Shown here piece after piece: positions 20,278 to 30,493 of a DNA stretch of 64,000 nucleotides (position 1 is the first letter of the stretch; every line of letters begins with the position of its first letter). A program made the position numbers and the translations under genes. The notes under the pieces were generated by a model. It worked only from the letters and a program-made list of their open reading frames with translations, was not told the DNA's origin and made no database searches. Source of the stretch: Vampirovibrionales bacterium (GTDB lineage: Bacteria; Cyanobacteriota; Vampirovibrionia; Vampirovibrionales; JAJTHC01); NCBI GenBank assembly GCA_035285025.1, contig JAYKHY010000036.1:1-64000 (forward strand), read 5' to 3'.

Positions 20278-21765
20278 TTATTGTAGATTTAATAATTGTC
20301 CGCTGACCCAAACGTGTTTCGCCTGGGTTTGAGGCGACAAAAACATGGCATCTGGTGTGTATGCGTTAGTTTGGGAGCAAGGTGCAAGCCAAAGTACGGC
20401 ATCTGCCTGAAAACCGGGCTCAAGCTTGCCTATAACGTGAGATTTGCCAAGGGCATGCGCGCCATGGCGCGTTAGGATTGCAGGGGCCAGTGCTTGTGGC
20501 CACTGGTGATAAGTCAACGCTGCGCGCGCCTCGGCGCGCAGATCTAAATCCGGGCAACTGAGTAAACTGTCTGTCCCCAGCGCAATGGCGTGCGTGGCTG
20601 CGCCAGTTTGCGCCAGCGCTTGCCAGTTAAGTGTTACGCCGTGTAACGCCAGATTGCTGCGGAAGCAGTGCGCAATCGAGACGGTAACGGGCGCTGGGCT
20701 TTTATTGCTTGCGTTTTGCTCGCTCTCTTCGGGTCTCTGCTGTAAGTATCGCCAGATTTTGGGATTGAGCAAGCTGCCGTGCGCCAATATTGTAACAGGG
20801 CTTAATAATGTTTGTTCTTTTAGCCAATCATGCCAAGGGGGTATTGCGGCAGGCCAGCGCAGCGTTTGCCCCGGGGGCTTACCGAGTAAGCGCTGATGCA
20901 GTTGTGCAAAAGCATGTTCTGCGTCTGGCTTTTTATTCAGCCACGCCAGCTCTTTGGGAGATTCTGCCCAATGCGTATGCCAGGGTAAATGCCCCAGCCC
21001 GCGTTGTGCAAGGCATGTTTGCAGCCACTGCCAGGCAAACGGATTAACGTTATAGGGCGCATGGGGCGAAATCCCGATTTGGATACGCGGATGCGCTGCC
21101 CATTGTTGCGCGATGCCGGTGATTTGATCGGCGACGGTTTGCAGCCGCGCTAGATTGACCGGGGCCCACGGATGAAACCACTCCAGGCTGACAATAGCGC
21201 GCAGGCCGGATTCGGCGAGGGTGTCTAACACGACAGGCGCATCCTGAATGCTGCAAATATCGTTAATGCACGTGGTGCCGCTTGCGGCTATCGCGCGCAG
21301 GCTGTGCTGCACGCGCGCCCGAAGGGTTGCTGGCGATTGTTTGCGGTGCCACCGGGCGGCTTGCAGGAGCCATTGCGTAAACGGGATTTTGGGGCGGCTG
21401 CCTGCACTGATGCATTGGGTTGACGCTTGGGGCGGATTAAAAAAAGCATCTGGGGCCAGTGTGGGGTTTAAGGCGGTGTGGGTATGGCAGTTCACTAATC
21501 CGGGCGTTAGCACGGCGTGCTGGCCCTGCTCGGCCAGGGCATCAAGCGTTTGCGCCAGCGGCTTTGCAAGCGCTTCTGGCAGGGCATCTAGGGCGCTTAC
21601 AGCACGTATAATGCCCTGGGTATCCCACGCCACCGCGTGATTGAGCTGCCAATCATTTGGGGGGGCGCTGTACAGGTGGTGCGCAGCCACCCATTGCCAG
21701 CCGGTTTGCGAGTCACGTATCATACGGGTATTATCAGGCAATCGCATGGTTAATCGCACGGTCAA
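20278..21765 (-). CDS. Amidohydrolase-family protein (MtaD/chlorohydrolase-like deaminase)
   Basis: PGLVNCHTHTA metal-binding HxH motif and a C-terminal GKLEPGFQADAVLW motif typical of amidohydrolase family 1. An extra ~60-aa N-terminus means the true start may be internal. Confidence 0.75.
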   Translation of the reverse strand: MTVRLTMRLPDNTRMIRDSQTGWQWVAAHHLYSAPPNDWQLNHAVAWDTQGIIRAVSALDALPEALAKPLAQTLDALAEQGQHAVLTPGLVNCHTHTALNPTLAPDAFFNPPQASTQCISAGSRPKIPFTQWLLQAARWHRKQSPATLRARVQHSLRAIAASGTTCINDICSIQDAPVVLDTLAESGLRAIVSLEWFHPWAPVNLARLQTVADQITGIAQQWAAHPRIQIGISPHAPYNVNPFAWQWLQTCLAQRGLGHLPWHTHWAESPKELAWLNKKPDAEHAFAQLHQRLLGKPPGQTLRWPAAIPPWHDWLKEQTLLSPVTILAHGSLLNPKIWRYLQQRPEESEQNASNKSPAPVTVSIAHCFRSNLALHGVTLNWQALAQTGAATHAIALGTDSLLSCPDLDLRAEARAALTYHQWPQALAPAILTRHGAHALGKSHVIGKLEPGFQADAVLWLAPCSQTNAYTPDAMFLSPQTQAKHVWVSGQLLNLQ

Positions 21766-22073
21766 TCACGTGGTTAAGTAATCTGCAAGTGTTTGATGTT
21801 GTTGTTGCCTGATTGCGATAGTGACTCGGGCCAAAACGGCCACGAGGGTCAGGATTAAATCGCCAATCTGTTGTTTCAAAAAAGCCGTTCAGGAAGCGTT
21901 TTCGTTTATGGATACCGCTATTCTCAATTTTTTCAGGTCGTTACGCCAGGCACCCGATAAGTGGATGCTGTTGTTGTTTCCGGTGATTACGCTGGGCTTG
22001 CTGCTGGCGATTCTGGCCGGGTTGTGGGGCGCATCGTTGCTGCTAATGCTAGCTTAATCCTAAGTTTGCCAGG

Positions 22074-23006
22074 TTAAACTCCTTCAAGTGCGCGTTCTAG
22101 AAGTAAACTGGCTAAAAACAACACGCTGGCCCAGCCATTTGTGGTAAAAAACGCCACGTTCACCCGGGATAAATTGGTTGCGCTGACGAGCGTATGCTGG
22201 CGGTAAAGCAGCGCCGCCATGATGCCGCACCCCAGCCAGTATCCCCAGTGGGTGGGAGTTACCGGTTGCCAGATGCGTTGATACATTACCCCAAAGCCTA
22301 AAAGCACCAGCAAACAAAGGCTATGGAGTCCTTTAGAGAGGCTCAGCGCTGTTTGCGCGCCGAGCCACGCTGGCAGGCTATGTAGGCCGTGGTCGCGATC
22401 AAAGGCTTCGTCCTGGCAGGCGTAAATAATATCAAAGCCGGCGACCCAACATAAAATGGCAAGGCCAAACAGCACGGGTAGGCCTTGATTCCAGCTTCCG
22501 GTTACGGCCATCCAGCCGCCAATGGCAGAAATCCCCAACGCAAGGCCCAGCACCAGATGGCATAAACTGGTAAAGCGCTTGGTTAGCGAGTAAACGCCCA
22601 GTACAACGTAAACAACCGGAAGTAATTGCAGGCATAAAGGCGGCAACTGAGCCGTGCAGGCGTATAATGCAAGCCCAGCGGTTAGCGTAATAGCCCAGGC
22701 GGCGGCCGAAGACACACGCCCGGAGGGAATCGGTCGGCCTGCGGTGCGCGGGTTCTGCGCATCAATGCGGGCATCGAGAATTCGGTTTAGGCCCATGGCA
22801 AAGGTTCGGCCCGAGACCATGCAGCCCACCACCCAAGCCAGCGCCAGCCAGTTTGGCCCTAGCGCCGGTGCAGCGGCTAGCAGGCTGCCCGAAAGCGCAA
22901 ACGGGAGCGCAAATACGCTGTGCTCGAATGCGACCAGCTCGTTAAACAGGCTTAAACGTTGGCGCAGCTGTAAAAAAAGCGACATAAAGCGACATGAAGA
23001 AAACAT
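22074..23006 (-). CDS. UbiA-family aromatic prenyltransferase (4-hydroxybenzoate polyprenyltransferase-like)
   Basis: NRILDARIDAQNPRTAGRPIPSG matches the UbiA Asp-rich motif, with multiple TM helices. Start uncertain (track ORF extends to 23108). Confidence 0.75.
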   Translation of the reverse strand: MFSSCRFMSLFLQLRQRLSLFNELVAFEHSVFALPFALSGSLLAAAPALGPNWLALAWVVGCMVSGRTFAMGLNRILDARIDAQNPRTAGRPIPSGRVSSAAAWAITLTAGLALYACTAQLPPLCLQLLPVVYVVLGVYSLTKRFTSLCHLVLGLALGISAIGGWMAVTGSWNQGLPVLFGLAILCWVAGFDIIYACQDEAFDRDHGLHSLPAWLGAQTALSLSKGLHSLCLLVLLGFGVMYQRIWQPVTPTHWGYWLGCGIMAALLYRQHTLVSATNLSRVNVAFFTTNGWASVLFLASLLLERALEGV

Positions 23007-23489
23007 TTCAAAAAAGTTGGATTTAATTTCAAAATAGCTCGCCCGTCTGGAGGATATAGCCCGCGCGGGTGTGATCGATACATCTATTGTAAGGGAGACA
23101 CGGTGCAAGCCTCACACTAACTTACGAAACAAGCTTTTTCTGACTTGGAGTGGATAAAGCAACTTAACTTAAGGCCAGGGTTTCGTAAATTTAAAAAGCA
23201 CGCACAGAGCGAGTGCCTCTGCATAAGTGCTTCGGTGCCCTTAAGCGACTCATTTGCTTATTTAAATCTGATTTTAGGCTTTTCGGTTTTTTCAAGTTTT
23301 CTTTTTCTCTCTCTCCTTTTCCCTGATGAACCACGCGCAGGTACCGGGCAATGCTTGGTACCTTCTTTTTTTTCTGGCTTTTTTGGTTTTTTGGGGTTTT
23401 GCGCCGAGCCTGCTAAAGGCGCGACAGATCAAAGACGCGCCAGACCAAAGACACGTCAACACGGTTACGTTGACGCTAAAATATCGCGT

Positions 23490-24902
23490 ATGCAACCCAA
23501 TGAGCCTTTGAACAAGGAGCCCTTGAGCGCGCTTCATCAAGTCCCGCATGCCGCAGATGCGGCAAGCCCGCACAACGCGCACGAGACTGCGCAGCCTATG
23601 CCTGCGCGCCCGCCACAGGCGATGCGGCTGGGGTTGTCTCGGATGCTGGCCGTGATGGCCGCCTTGGGGAATCCGCAAGACGCTGTGCCGAGCATACATA
23701 TTGCTGGCACCAATGGCAAAGGTTCTGTGGCCGCAATGCTGAGCCATATTTTTAACGCGGCGGGCATTAAAACAGGTTTTTTAAGCAGCCCGCATCTGGT
23801 GTGCGAAACCGAGCGCATCCAGTTGCGCAATACCCCGATTCCTCGGAGTGAATTGGAAGCGATTCTGGCCGAGCTGCACGCTGTTGAGCATCGTCTGGGG
23901 TGGACGCTCGAGACGGAGCGCCTAACGTATTTTGAGTTGATGATGGCAGCCGGATTTTTATGGCTGGCGCGCTCGGGCGCGCAACTGCAAATTGTAGAAA
24001 CCGGTTTGGGCGGCAGGCTGGATGCCAGTAATATTCTGATCAAGCCGCTTTGCACCGCAATTACCAGTATTGGGCTAGACCATACCGAAATTTTGGGCGA
24101 TACGTTGGCGAAAATTGCGGCAGAAAAAGCGGGTATTTTTAAGCCGGGTTGCCCGGTTGCGCTCGGGCCGGAACTGCCGGCCGAGGCGCTTGCAGTGATA
24201 ATGGCGCACGCGGCCGGTGTGCAAACAGGCACCGTTTCTCAGGCGGGCTGGCCGGCGGGCTGGCAGGCGGTTGCTTGCCCTGGCGGGTGGCAAATCGCGA
24301 GACACGTATCTATGGCCCAAGAGGCTACTGCGCACGAGCCGCTGTTTTTGCCGTTAATGGGCGCGTATCAACTTCAGAACTTATCGACGGTGCTAACAAT
24401 ACTCTCGTTAATGCCTGAGCACTTCAGGGTCTCTGATGCAGCCTTGCGCCAGGGTCTTGCAAGCGTACGGTGGCTGGGCCGGTTTACGCCGTTGGTTCAA
24501 GATGATGCGGGCAATCCGTTTTTGGTGATTGATGGTGCGCATAACCCCGCAGGCTGGCAGGCGATGCTGGCAGCGTTGCAACTCCACAGCCCAAACCGGC
24601 CAGTGTTATGGCGGCTGAGTCTGTTAAAAAACCGTGACCCGAATGCTTTGCTAGGCGCTTTAGCGTCGTTTGATGCGTTACAGTTAGGGTGGTTTTGCCC
24701 CGACCCGGCACGGTTTTGGGAGAATCCTGCGCCAACGCAGCTCGCCACTTTGGCGTGGCCCGCGTGTTTTATGCAGGATTATCAGCAGGCGCAATCGCTT
24801 GCCCAGGCTGGTAGTGCAGCAGAATTAAACGCGCCGCTTATTGTGTATACGGGCTCGTTATACAGCGCGGGGCTGGCGTTTGAGCAACTTAAAACGGTTT
24901 AA
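23490..24902 (+). CDS. folC: Dihydrofolate synthase / folylpolyglutamate synthase
   Basis: IHIAGTNGKGSV P-loop and Mur-ligase fold similarity. Start placed at MQPNEPL. The track ORF extends upstream into a polypyrimidine tract unlikely to be coding. Confidence 0.85.
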   Translation: MQPNEPLNKEPLSALHQVPHAADAASPHNAHETAQPMPARPPQAMRLGLSRMLAVMAALGNPQDAVPSIHIAGTNGKGSVAAMLSHIFNAAGIKTGFLSSPHLVCETERIQLRNTPIPRSELEAILAELHAVEHRLGWTLETERLTYFELMMAAGFLWLARSGAQLQIVETGLGGRLDASNILIKPLCTAITSIGLDHTEILGDTLAKIAAEKAGIFKPGCPVALGPELPAEALAVIMAHAAGVQTGTVSQAGWPAGWQAVACPGGWQIARHVSMAQEATAHEPLFLPLMGAYQLQNLSTVLTILSLMPEHFRVSDAALRQGLASVRWLGRFTPLVQDDAGNPFLVIDGAHNPAGWQAMLAALQLHSPNRPVLWRLSLLKNRDPNALLGALASFDALQLGWFCPDPARFWENPAPTQLATLAWPACFMQDYQQAQSLAQAGSAAELNAPLIVYTGSLYSAGLAFEQLKTV

Positions 24903-25439
24903 TTAGGGGCAATTGAGATTACGTTTAAAACAAGGCCTCGTGCCCCGTTTGCGCGGCTAAAAGGGGGCGCTTTGCTCGCATTTGCCATGCGCAGACAAGT
25001 TCGACTTTTTTAAAGCTGGAAAATATCGTGATGACGGGTTAGCCGTTAAAAGCAGGCTGGGCAAAGTGTTAAAGCCATCAGCGCTGGGCTAGCAGCGCAA
25101 TCCTTAGGGTCTCTGCTACAGGTGCGCGCGTTTGCTAAAAAAAACATTGCGAGATTTGTTACCTTTACACTTCGATAAAAAGCCGCCATCCGCGCCTTTG
25201 CCTGTCTATACTTTGGGCATGGTCTTCGTGTCTTAAAAACGATGCGAGCAGGTTGTTTTTGATGATTTAGGCAGTCAAGCAGGTTTAACGCATAAGGCAG
25301 GTGTTTCGTGGGGTTGCCCTACCCTGAATGCCGTAGCATCTGGCTAAAAGGCTTTAGATAAAAGCTTTAATGCCTTTACAAGTTTAGGTCTTTTGGTCTT
25401 CATCACATTTTTAATGAATGTCGCTAAGCAGTATTTTTT

Positions 25440-27353
25440 ATGATTGCATCTTCCTCTTTTGACAAAACGCCGTTTGATAAAGCGCGCGGCATAGGCGCTA
25501 CGTCGGGGGTCAATTCTCGGGCAAGCCACGCGTTGTTTAAGCTGTTTGCCTACGAAACCCTGGAGCGTTGGGCGAGCGTGGGCGCGCTGATTGAAGATGT
25601 TACCGGCGCCTCCGGCAGCTCATCTGAGCGTTTGCCCGCGATGGTGTGCGAGGCGTTACGTGAGCGGCACCGGCGCGTGTTTGGCTTTATCGCATCGCAT
25701 CAATCCGAGCTGGAATGCGCGTTTAGCGCGGGGAAGCTGACCGAAGGCAAATTGGTTGAGCAGGCCAATAAACTCCCCGAGGCCGTTCGCGTTTTACGGC
25801 AGTCGCAGCATGCGCTGGCTAAAATCGAGCGCCTGCTTGCGCAAACCGGCGGTTTGCAGCAACGCGCAGAGCTGGGTTTTCTGATGAGCGAAACGCGCCA
25901 GTGGGAAATCGATCAGCCGGCGCGCAATCGTCGTGCAAAAGCAAATCGCGTGCGCTCCAGCGCAGATAAGCCGGACCCCAAGTTTTGGACGGTTTATGAA
26001 GAGATTCAGCAAATTGACGCTGCAGACTGGGATCACCCGGCGTGGGCCGCAAGCGTTGCCTGGCCGGTAACGCCCTCGCGGTTGCCGATTCGGTGGGCGC
26101 AAAATCCGGTGGGCTGGCTGCTTGCGCTGCGAAGTCAAATTACGCAGCTTAGCGCAAGGTTGTTGGCAGAATCTGCCGAAGGCCATAAGGCAATGCAGAC
26201 GTTGCGGATGCGTTTACCAAGCGTGGCGCAGCAAGCTTACGGGGCCGATGTTGTCCTTGCGGCGCTCATCGGGATTCGGTGTTATGGCCCTGCCTGGTAT
26301 TTTACGCGCGTGATGGAGGCAGTAAACCAGTTTGATACGGGCTTCCTGCAAATTCTTGAGCCCTTGATGTTCCATGCGCTCAACTTTTTTAATTTTTCCG
26401 ATAAAAATCTGGTGCTGATGCACGACAGTGTGCTGCGCGGCTTGCCGTTGTGGCAGCAACTCGCCGAGGTTAAGCCGGCTGCATGCGCACGCGCTGAATC
26501 CGGGCTGTATGCCGAGGCTGCGCATACGGGCCCCGAGGCGGACGCGCTGGGTGGCAGTTTTGCGTTAAACGAAGCGTTGACGGATGCGTTGGATAACGTA
26601 CTGAGTTGGGCAGAGGATCAACTGCCAGATGCGCACGCGTGCCAGCTGACCCAAGGCGTGTTTACCGATAAGCACTTGAAGCGATGCGCACCGATGGAAG
26701 ATATTCTGGGCGATGACATGCTCATCGCAAGCCACCGGCCGTATTCGTTGGCGCATGTGAACGTGCTGTTGCAAGAAAAATACGGCGATAGTCTGGATGT
26801 GGATGCCAGCGGCGTGCCCGTAAGCGGACAAGCGATGCACGGTTTGCATGGCGCGGGCGGCTTCTCGTCGGTGTTGTCTTCAGTCCATTCGCCGGGTAGC
26901 ACGTCCGGGCATTCGGGGCCTTCTGGGCATCTAATGTCGGTGTATCACTTAATTGGCATGTTGGCCGAAGAGCCTATTAGCTGCCGCGAAATGATTACTG
27001 CTGGCTGGTTGCACAAATTAAATCGCGCAAGCGTAATGGTGTATGATACCTTGCTGACGAGCGCCTTTGAAACGGATAATCTCTGTAGTGCCCAATGCCC
27101 GCTCCCTGCGGCGGCGCTGCGGTTTATGAACCACGTGAATTCTCGTAGTCGCCTGCTGCTCAAATCAATGGAAACCGCGCAGGTGCACCAGATGCTGATG
27201 GCGTTACCGACGCAATCGAGTGCGCAATGGCCTAGCAAGCCCTGGTACGATTCTGAAAAAGCGCTTGCCGCGCCCTCAGTGCCTGCGCCGTCGGAATCCG
27301 TTTCGGCGAACTACGCGATTGCGGCTGCCGCGATGGCCAGCCTGGAAATTTAA
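25440..27353 (+). CDS. Hypothetical protein (637 aa)
   Basis: Long ORF with no recognisable domain. Confidence 0.6.
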   Translation: MIASSSFDKTPFDKARGIGATSGVNSRASHALFKLFAYETLERWASVGALIEDVTGASGSSSERLPAMVCEALRERHRRVFGFIASHQSELECAFSAGKLTEGKLVEQANKLPEAVRVLRQSQHALAKIERLLAQTGGLQQRAELGFLMSETRQWEIDQPARNRRAKANRVRSSADKPDPKFWTVYEEIQQIDAADWDHPAWAASVAWPVTPSRLPIRWAQNPVGWLLALRSQITQLSARLLAESAEGHKAMQTLRMRLPSVAQQAYGADVVLAALIGIRCYGPAWYFTRVMEAVNQFDTGFLQILEPLMFHALNFFNFSDKNLVLMHDSVLRGLPLWQQLAEVKPAACARAESGLYAEAAHTGPEADALGGSFALNEALTDALDNVLSWAEDQLPDAHACQLTQGVFTDKHLKRCAPMEDILGDDMLIASHRPYSLAHVNVLLQEKYGDSLDVDASGVPVSGQAMHGLHGAGGFSSVLSSVHSPGSTSGHSGPSGHLMSVYHLIGMLAEEPISCREMITAGWLHKLNRASVMVYDTLLTSAFETDNLCSAQCPLPAAALRFMNHVNSRSRLLLKSMETAQVHQMLMALPTQSSAQWPSKPWYDSEKALAAPSVPAPSESVSANYAIAAAAMASLEI

Positions 27354-27388
27354 TCGATTGTCTTGAATTATTTTGGATACAACCCGTT

Positions 27389-28051
27389 ATGACCCTGCTA
27401 AACGAAACTCAAATGCTCGCCCGGTTGGTGGATCCGGACCCGGACAGACGTTTGGTGATTACGCCGTTGATTCGGCCTGAAGAGCAGTTCGGCCCGACCT
27501 CGATTGATGTGCGTCTGGGTACGGATTTTCAGGTGATGCGCCGTACGAACATGGCGTGTCTGGATTTGGCTGGTGACCCGCAAAAGCTTGCGGCCGATGT
27601 TCAGCGTGCCAGCCATTGGGTAAAAGTGCCCCCCGGCGAGCCGTTTATGCTGCATCCGGGTGAATTCGCGCTGGCTTCTACATTAGAGTTTGTCCGTATT
27701 CCGCTGGATTTGGCCGCGCGCCTTGAAGGCCGTAGTACCTGGGGCCGTTTAGGATTGCAAATTCACGCGACGGCCGGGTTTGTTGACCCAGGCTTTTGCG
27801 GGGCGCTAACCTTTGAGCTGAGTAACGTCAGCACCATGCCCCTGCCGCTGTATCCGGGTGTGCGTATTGGCCAGCTGTGTTTTTACCAGAGCATTCGCAC
27901 CAATATGCCGTATAACCGCAAACGCTACAGTAAGTATAGTGGTAAGGCGACTACGGCCACGTCTGCGTTTTTCCAGGATCCCGAGTACGCGCGTATCCGG
28001 GCAGCAATGAATGAGACGCCTGCCGGGGCAGAGTTTTTACAGCCCAGTTAA
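27389..28051 (+). CDS. dcd: dCTP deaminase
   Basis: Trimeric dUTPase-fold motifs (GRSTWGRLGL, VRIGQL) and length are consistent with Dcd. Confidence 0.85.
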   Translation: MTLLNETQMLARLVDPDPDRRLVITPLIRPEEQFGPTSIDVRLGTDFQVMRRTNMACLDLAGDPQKLAADVQRASHWVKVPPGEPFMLHPGEFALASTLEFVRIPLDLAARLEGRSTWGRLGLQIHATAGFVDPGFCGALTFELSNVSTMPLPLYPGVRIGQLCFYQSIRTNMPYNRKRYSKYSGKATTATSAFFQDPEYARIRAAMNETPAGAEFLQPS

Positions 28052-28088
28052 ACCAAGTCGAACTCGCAATAAAAAAGGCGAATAACGA

Positions 28089-28409
28089 ATGCCAGGTGCG
28101 CCAAAATACACGTTTAGCCTAATCGCAAAGTTATTGCTGGTGATGGCGTTTTTAGTTGCAGGCAGTTTGCGAATCGAGTGGGTACCTTCGACGGCGCAAA
28201 CGCCCGTGTTGCAGCAGTGGTTTTCGCATCGTCCGCCGTTTACTGTGCAAGTGGCTTTACGCGTGCAATGGCCGCCCGCAGGTACCGAGGCGTTTGCGAA
28301 GACCAATCCGGATTTTTGGGCGGTCACGCAATGGTTGGTAACGCGCGGGTTGTGGCAACGCTTGGGCGAATTGTTCTACGTTGGGCCGTATCAACCCGAG
28401 AAGCATTAG
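28089..28409 (+). CDS. Hypothetical small membrane protein (106 aa)
   Basis: N-terminal TM segment. Weak support only. Confidence 0.3.
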   Translation: MPGAPKYTFSLIAKLLLVMAFLVAGSLRIEWVPSTAQTPVLQQWFSHRPPFTVQVALRVQWPPAGTEAFAKTNPDFWAVTQWLVTRGLWQRLGELFYVGPYQPEKH

Positions 28410-28421
28410 CGGGTATTTAAA

Positions 28422-29324
28422 TTACTGGGCAACCGGAATATCTGCGGATTCAGGCAGGACTAAGGTGAGCGTGTCGCCGGGTTTAAGGGTAATAGCATCG
28501 CCAAAGCCAAAAATGGCCCCACCGGTTTTATACATGGCAAGGCCTGCGCCGCCAACACCCACGCCAATGGCTGCTGCGGGCGCGGTTAGAATCACGCCTG
28601 CCCCGCCGCCAATTTGTTCTCCCTGGGCGACGCCGTTTTGCCATAATTTACCCATCCAGCGGCCGGTTTGATCAAACCCGCGCCCGATGCGCCCGCCGAT
28701 GCCTGGATCGGCAACCAGCGTGCCCGAAGGCGTTAGATGCTTTGTGGAAGGAGCAAGCGAGAGCGTCAAGGGCATCAAGTCGCCCGAGGGTAGCACAATG
28801 TGATCAATCGCCAGACCTAACGCGCCGCCGCGCGCTAGCAGGCTGCGTCTGCGTAACTGAGAAAGTTGCCCGCGTAACGTGGTGCCTCTGGGTAGCACGA
28901 GCGTGCCTTCGGGCGATTTGATGTCTTGCAGGAGTGATGCGCTGAACATATCGCCTACCGCCGATTGCTGGGAATCGAGTGCGGTGTTGAGCTTAACCGG
29001 TAATTGAGCGCCCGCGGGGAGCTGCTGAGACTGCGTGCCGATTTTTAACGACGACACGGCAGAGCCAGGGCTTGCCGCGGGTGTGTTTTGCATCGAAAAG
29101 CTTGCGCCGTGCTGGCTGTAAAGCTGTCGCAGTGGCAGGGTGTCCGGTTCGTGCGCAAGAGCTGTTTGAAGCATATTTAAAGAAAACGCAAGGCCGAAGG
29201 CCGTAAACCATGCAAGGCGAGCGACGAGTTTGAGGGCTTTGCGAACGCTTTTAGTTGGGCGATTAGGCAACGACGGGGAGTTTGGCCATTCAAATGCTTG
29301 CTCTGCCTGACGAAAACGAGCCAT
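28422..29324 (-). CDS. Hypothetical secreted/membrane protein with a C-terminal glycine-zipper region
   Basis: Signal-peptide-like hydrophobic N-terminus after MARFRQ. C-terminal GGGAGVILTAPAAAIGVGVGGAGLAMYKTGG glycine zipper. Confidence 0.6.
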   Translation of the reverse strand: MARFRQAEQAFEWPNSPSLPNRPTKSVRKALKLVARLAWFTAFGLAFSLNMLQTALAHEPDTLPLRQLYSQHGASFSMQNTPAASPGSAVSSLKIGTQSQQLPAGAQLPVKLNTALDSQQSAVGDMFSASLLQDIKSPEGTLVLPRGTTLRGQLSQLRRRSLLARGGALGLAIDHIVLPSGDLMPLTLSLAPSTKHLTPSGTLVADPGIGGRIGRGFDQTGRWMGKLWQNGVAQGEQIGGGAGVILTAPAAAIGVGVGGAGLAMYKTGGAIFGFGDAITLKPGDTLTLVLPESADIPVAQ

Positions 29325-29628
29325 ACTGTGAGTTACGTCAGCGACTGGGTCAACGCAAGTATTTTTAGACGAGAACAGGATTGCGGTCACGGTAGAGAGC
29401 CCTCCCAGGCGAAAAAATGATTTTTAGTGCGCCAATAACGGTGGAATACGCCAAAGCGTTTACCAAACTGAACAACACCGCGCTAAACCGTTTTTTATTA
29501 TTGGTTCGTTTATTGATGATTTGAAATTGCAGCATCTGGCTTTATTATACAGGATGCTATGATAAAGGCTCAGTCTGGTTTTAATAGTTAATAATGAATG
29601 ATTTTGTTTTCTGGAGTTGATAAAAGCA

Positions 29629-29901
29629 ATGACGGCTCAAAATACTAAAATGTTGCCAACCCCGCGTGCAGGTAGCGTCGAAATTGCTGGTATTGCCTGG
29701 CTCGCTCGGATGACCGATAAAGCCCGGCTTGAAGCTGCAGGCCAAATCGAGGCGCTGGACCTGGAGTACCCCTGTCCGATGGATCAGCGGCTGTTAAGCC
29801 AGTTGGGTATTGCAGGCCCAAAGTTTCAGCAATTGGCAGTGCAAGCGCAATCCGATGACGAACTGGTGAGTTTGCTAAAAGCTAATGGCGCGAAGCTATA
29901 A
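29629..29901 (+). CDS. Hypothetical small protein (90 aa)
   Basis: GGAG RBS 12 nt upstream of the ATG (MTAQNTK). No confident domain assignment. Confidence 0.5.
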   Translation: MTAQNTKMLPTPRAGSVEIAGIAWLARMTDKARLEAAGQIEALDLEYPCPMDQRLLSQLGIAGPKFQQLAVQAQSDDELVSLLKANGAKL

Positions 29902-29915
29902 GGTTAGGCTCAGAT

Positions 29916-30491
29916 TTAAGCGACGGCGGTTAGGCTTTTTTGTGCCAGTTTATAATGCTGTTGCTCAACAATGCGGTGCGCCGCACGGGTGGCTGCAATA
30001 ACATCAAAACCGGCGCGTTTGCCCACCCATACGGCCGGAAACATAAGCGATTTACAGATTGCGCTGCTGCCCGAGGCCGTCGCGAGAGATGCGGCGAGCC
30101 ACGCGGGGAGTGCTGCTGGCGCTGCGGCGTGCATAAAAAAGACGGCAGCACTGCCGACGGCTGCCAACATGCCCGCGTAGGCTGCTTTTTGGCTGCCGTG
30201 CGCTAAATGATAAAACACGGATTGCTGCAAGCTAATGCTGCCGCCGTTTAATTTGGGGCTCATGGCGTGATTGAGGCCATTAAGTACGCCCGCCCCAAAG
30301 GTGTGCTCGTAATTTGGATTTAGTAGATGCGGCAGCACTCGCGAGACGCTCCAGGGGGCTTTGGGAATCGCCTTATACGTTGCCGTGTGCTTGGTTAGGG
30401 GCGGAATAAGCCCTTTGGGCATGGCGGCTGCTGTTTTAACGGCGTTTTGCAGTGCGGACAGAGGGTTTAATGCGTTTAAGGTTGCGGACAT
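29916..30491 (-). CDS. Hypothetical protein with Ala/Gly-rich hydrophobic hairpin (paralog of the upstream gene)
   Basis: Starts MSATLNALNPL 2 nt after the stop of the upstream gene. Contains AAYAGMLAAVGSAAVFFMHAAAPAALPAWLAASLATASG hydrophobic block. Confidence 0.6.
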   Translation of the reverse strand: MSATLNALNPLSALQNAVKTAAAMPKGLIPPLTKHTATYKAIPKAPWSVSRVLPHLLNPNYEHTFGAGVLNGLNHAMSPKLNGGSISLQQSVFYHLAHGSQKAAYAGMLAAVGSAAVFFMHAAAPAALPAWLAASLATASGSSAICKSLMFPAVWVGKRAGFDVIAATRAAHRIVEQQHYKLAQKSLTAVA

Positions 30492-30493
30492 GT

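Noticed and set aside
23145-23489. N-terminal 115-codon extension of the folC ORF starting at 23145 (TTG)
   Set aside because: The region is a polypyrimidine, homopolymer-rich divergent promoter. FolC homology begins near MQPNEPL. The extension translation (LFLSLLFPDEPRAGTG...) is low complexity.
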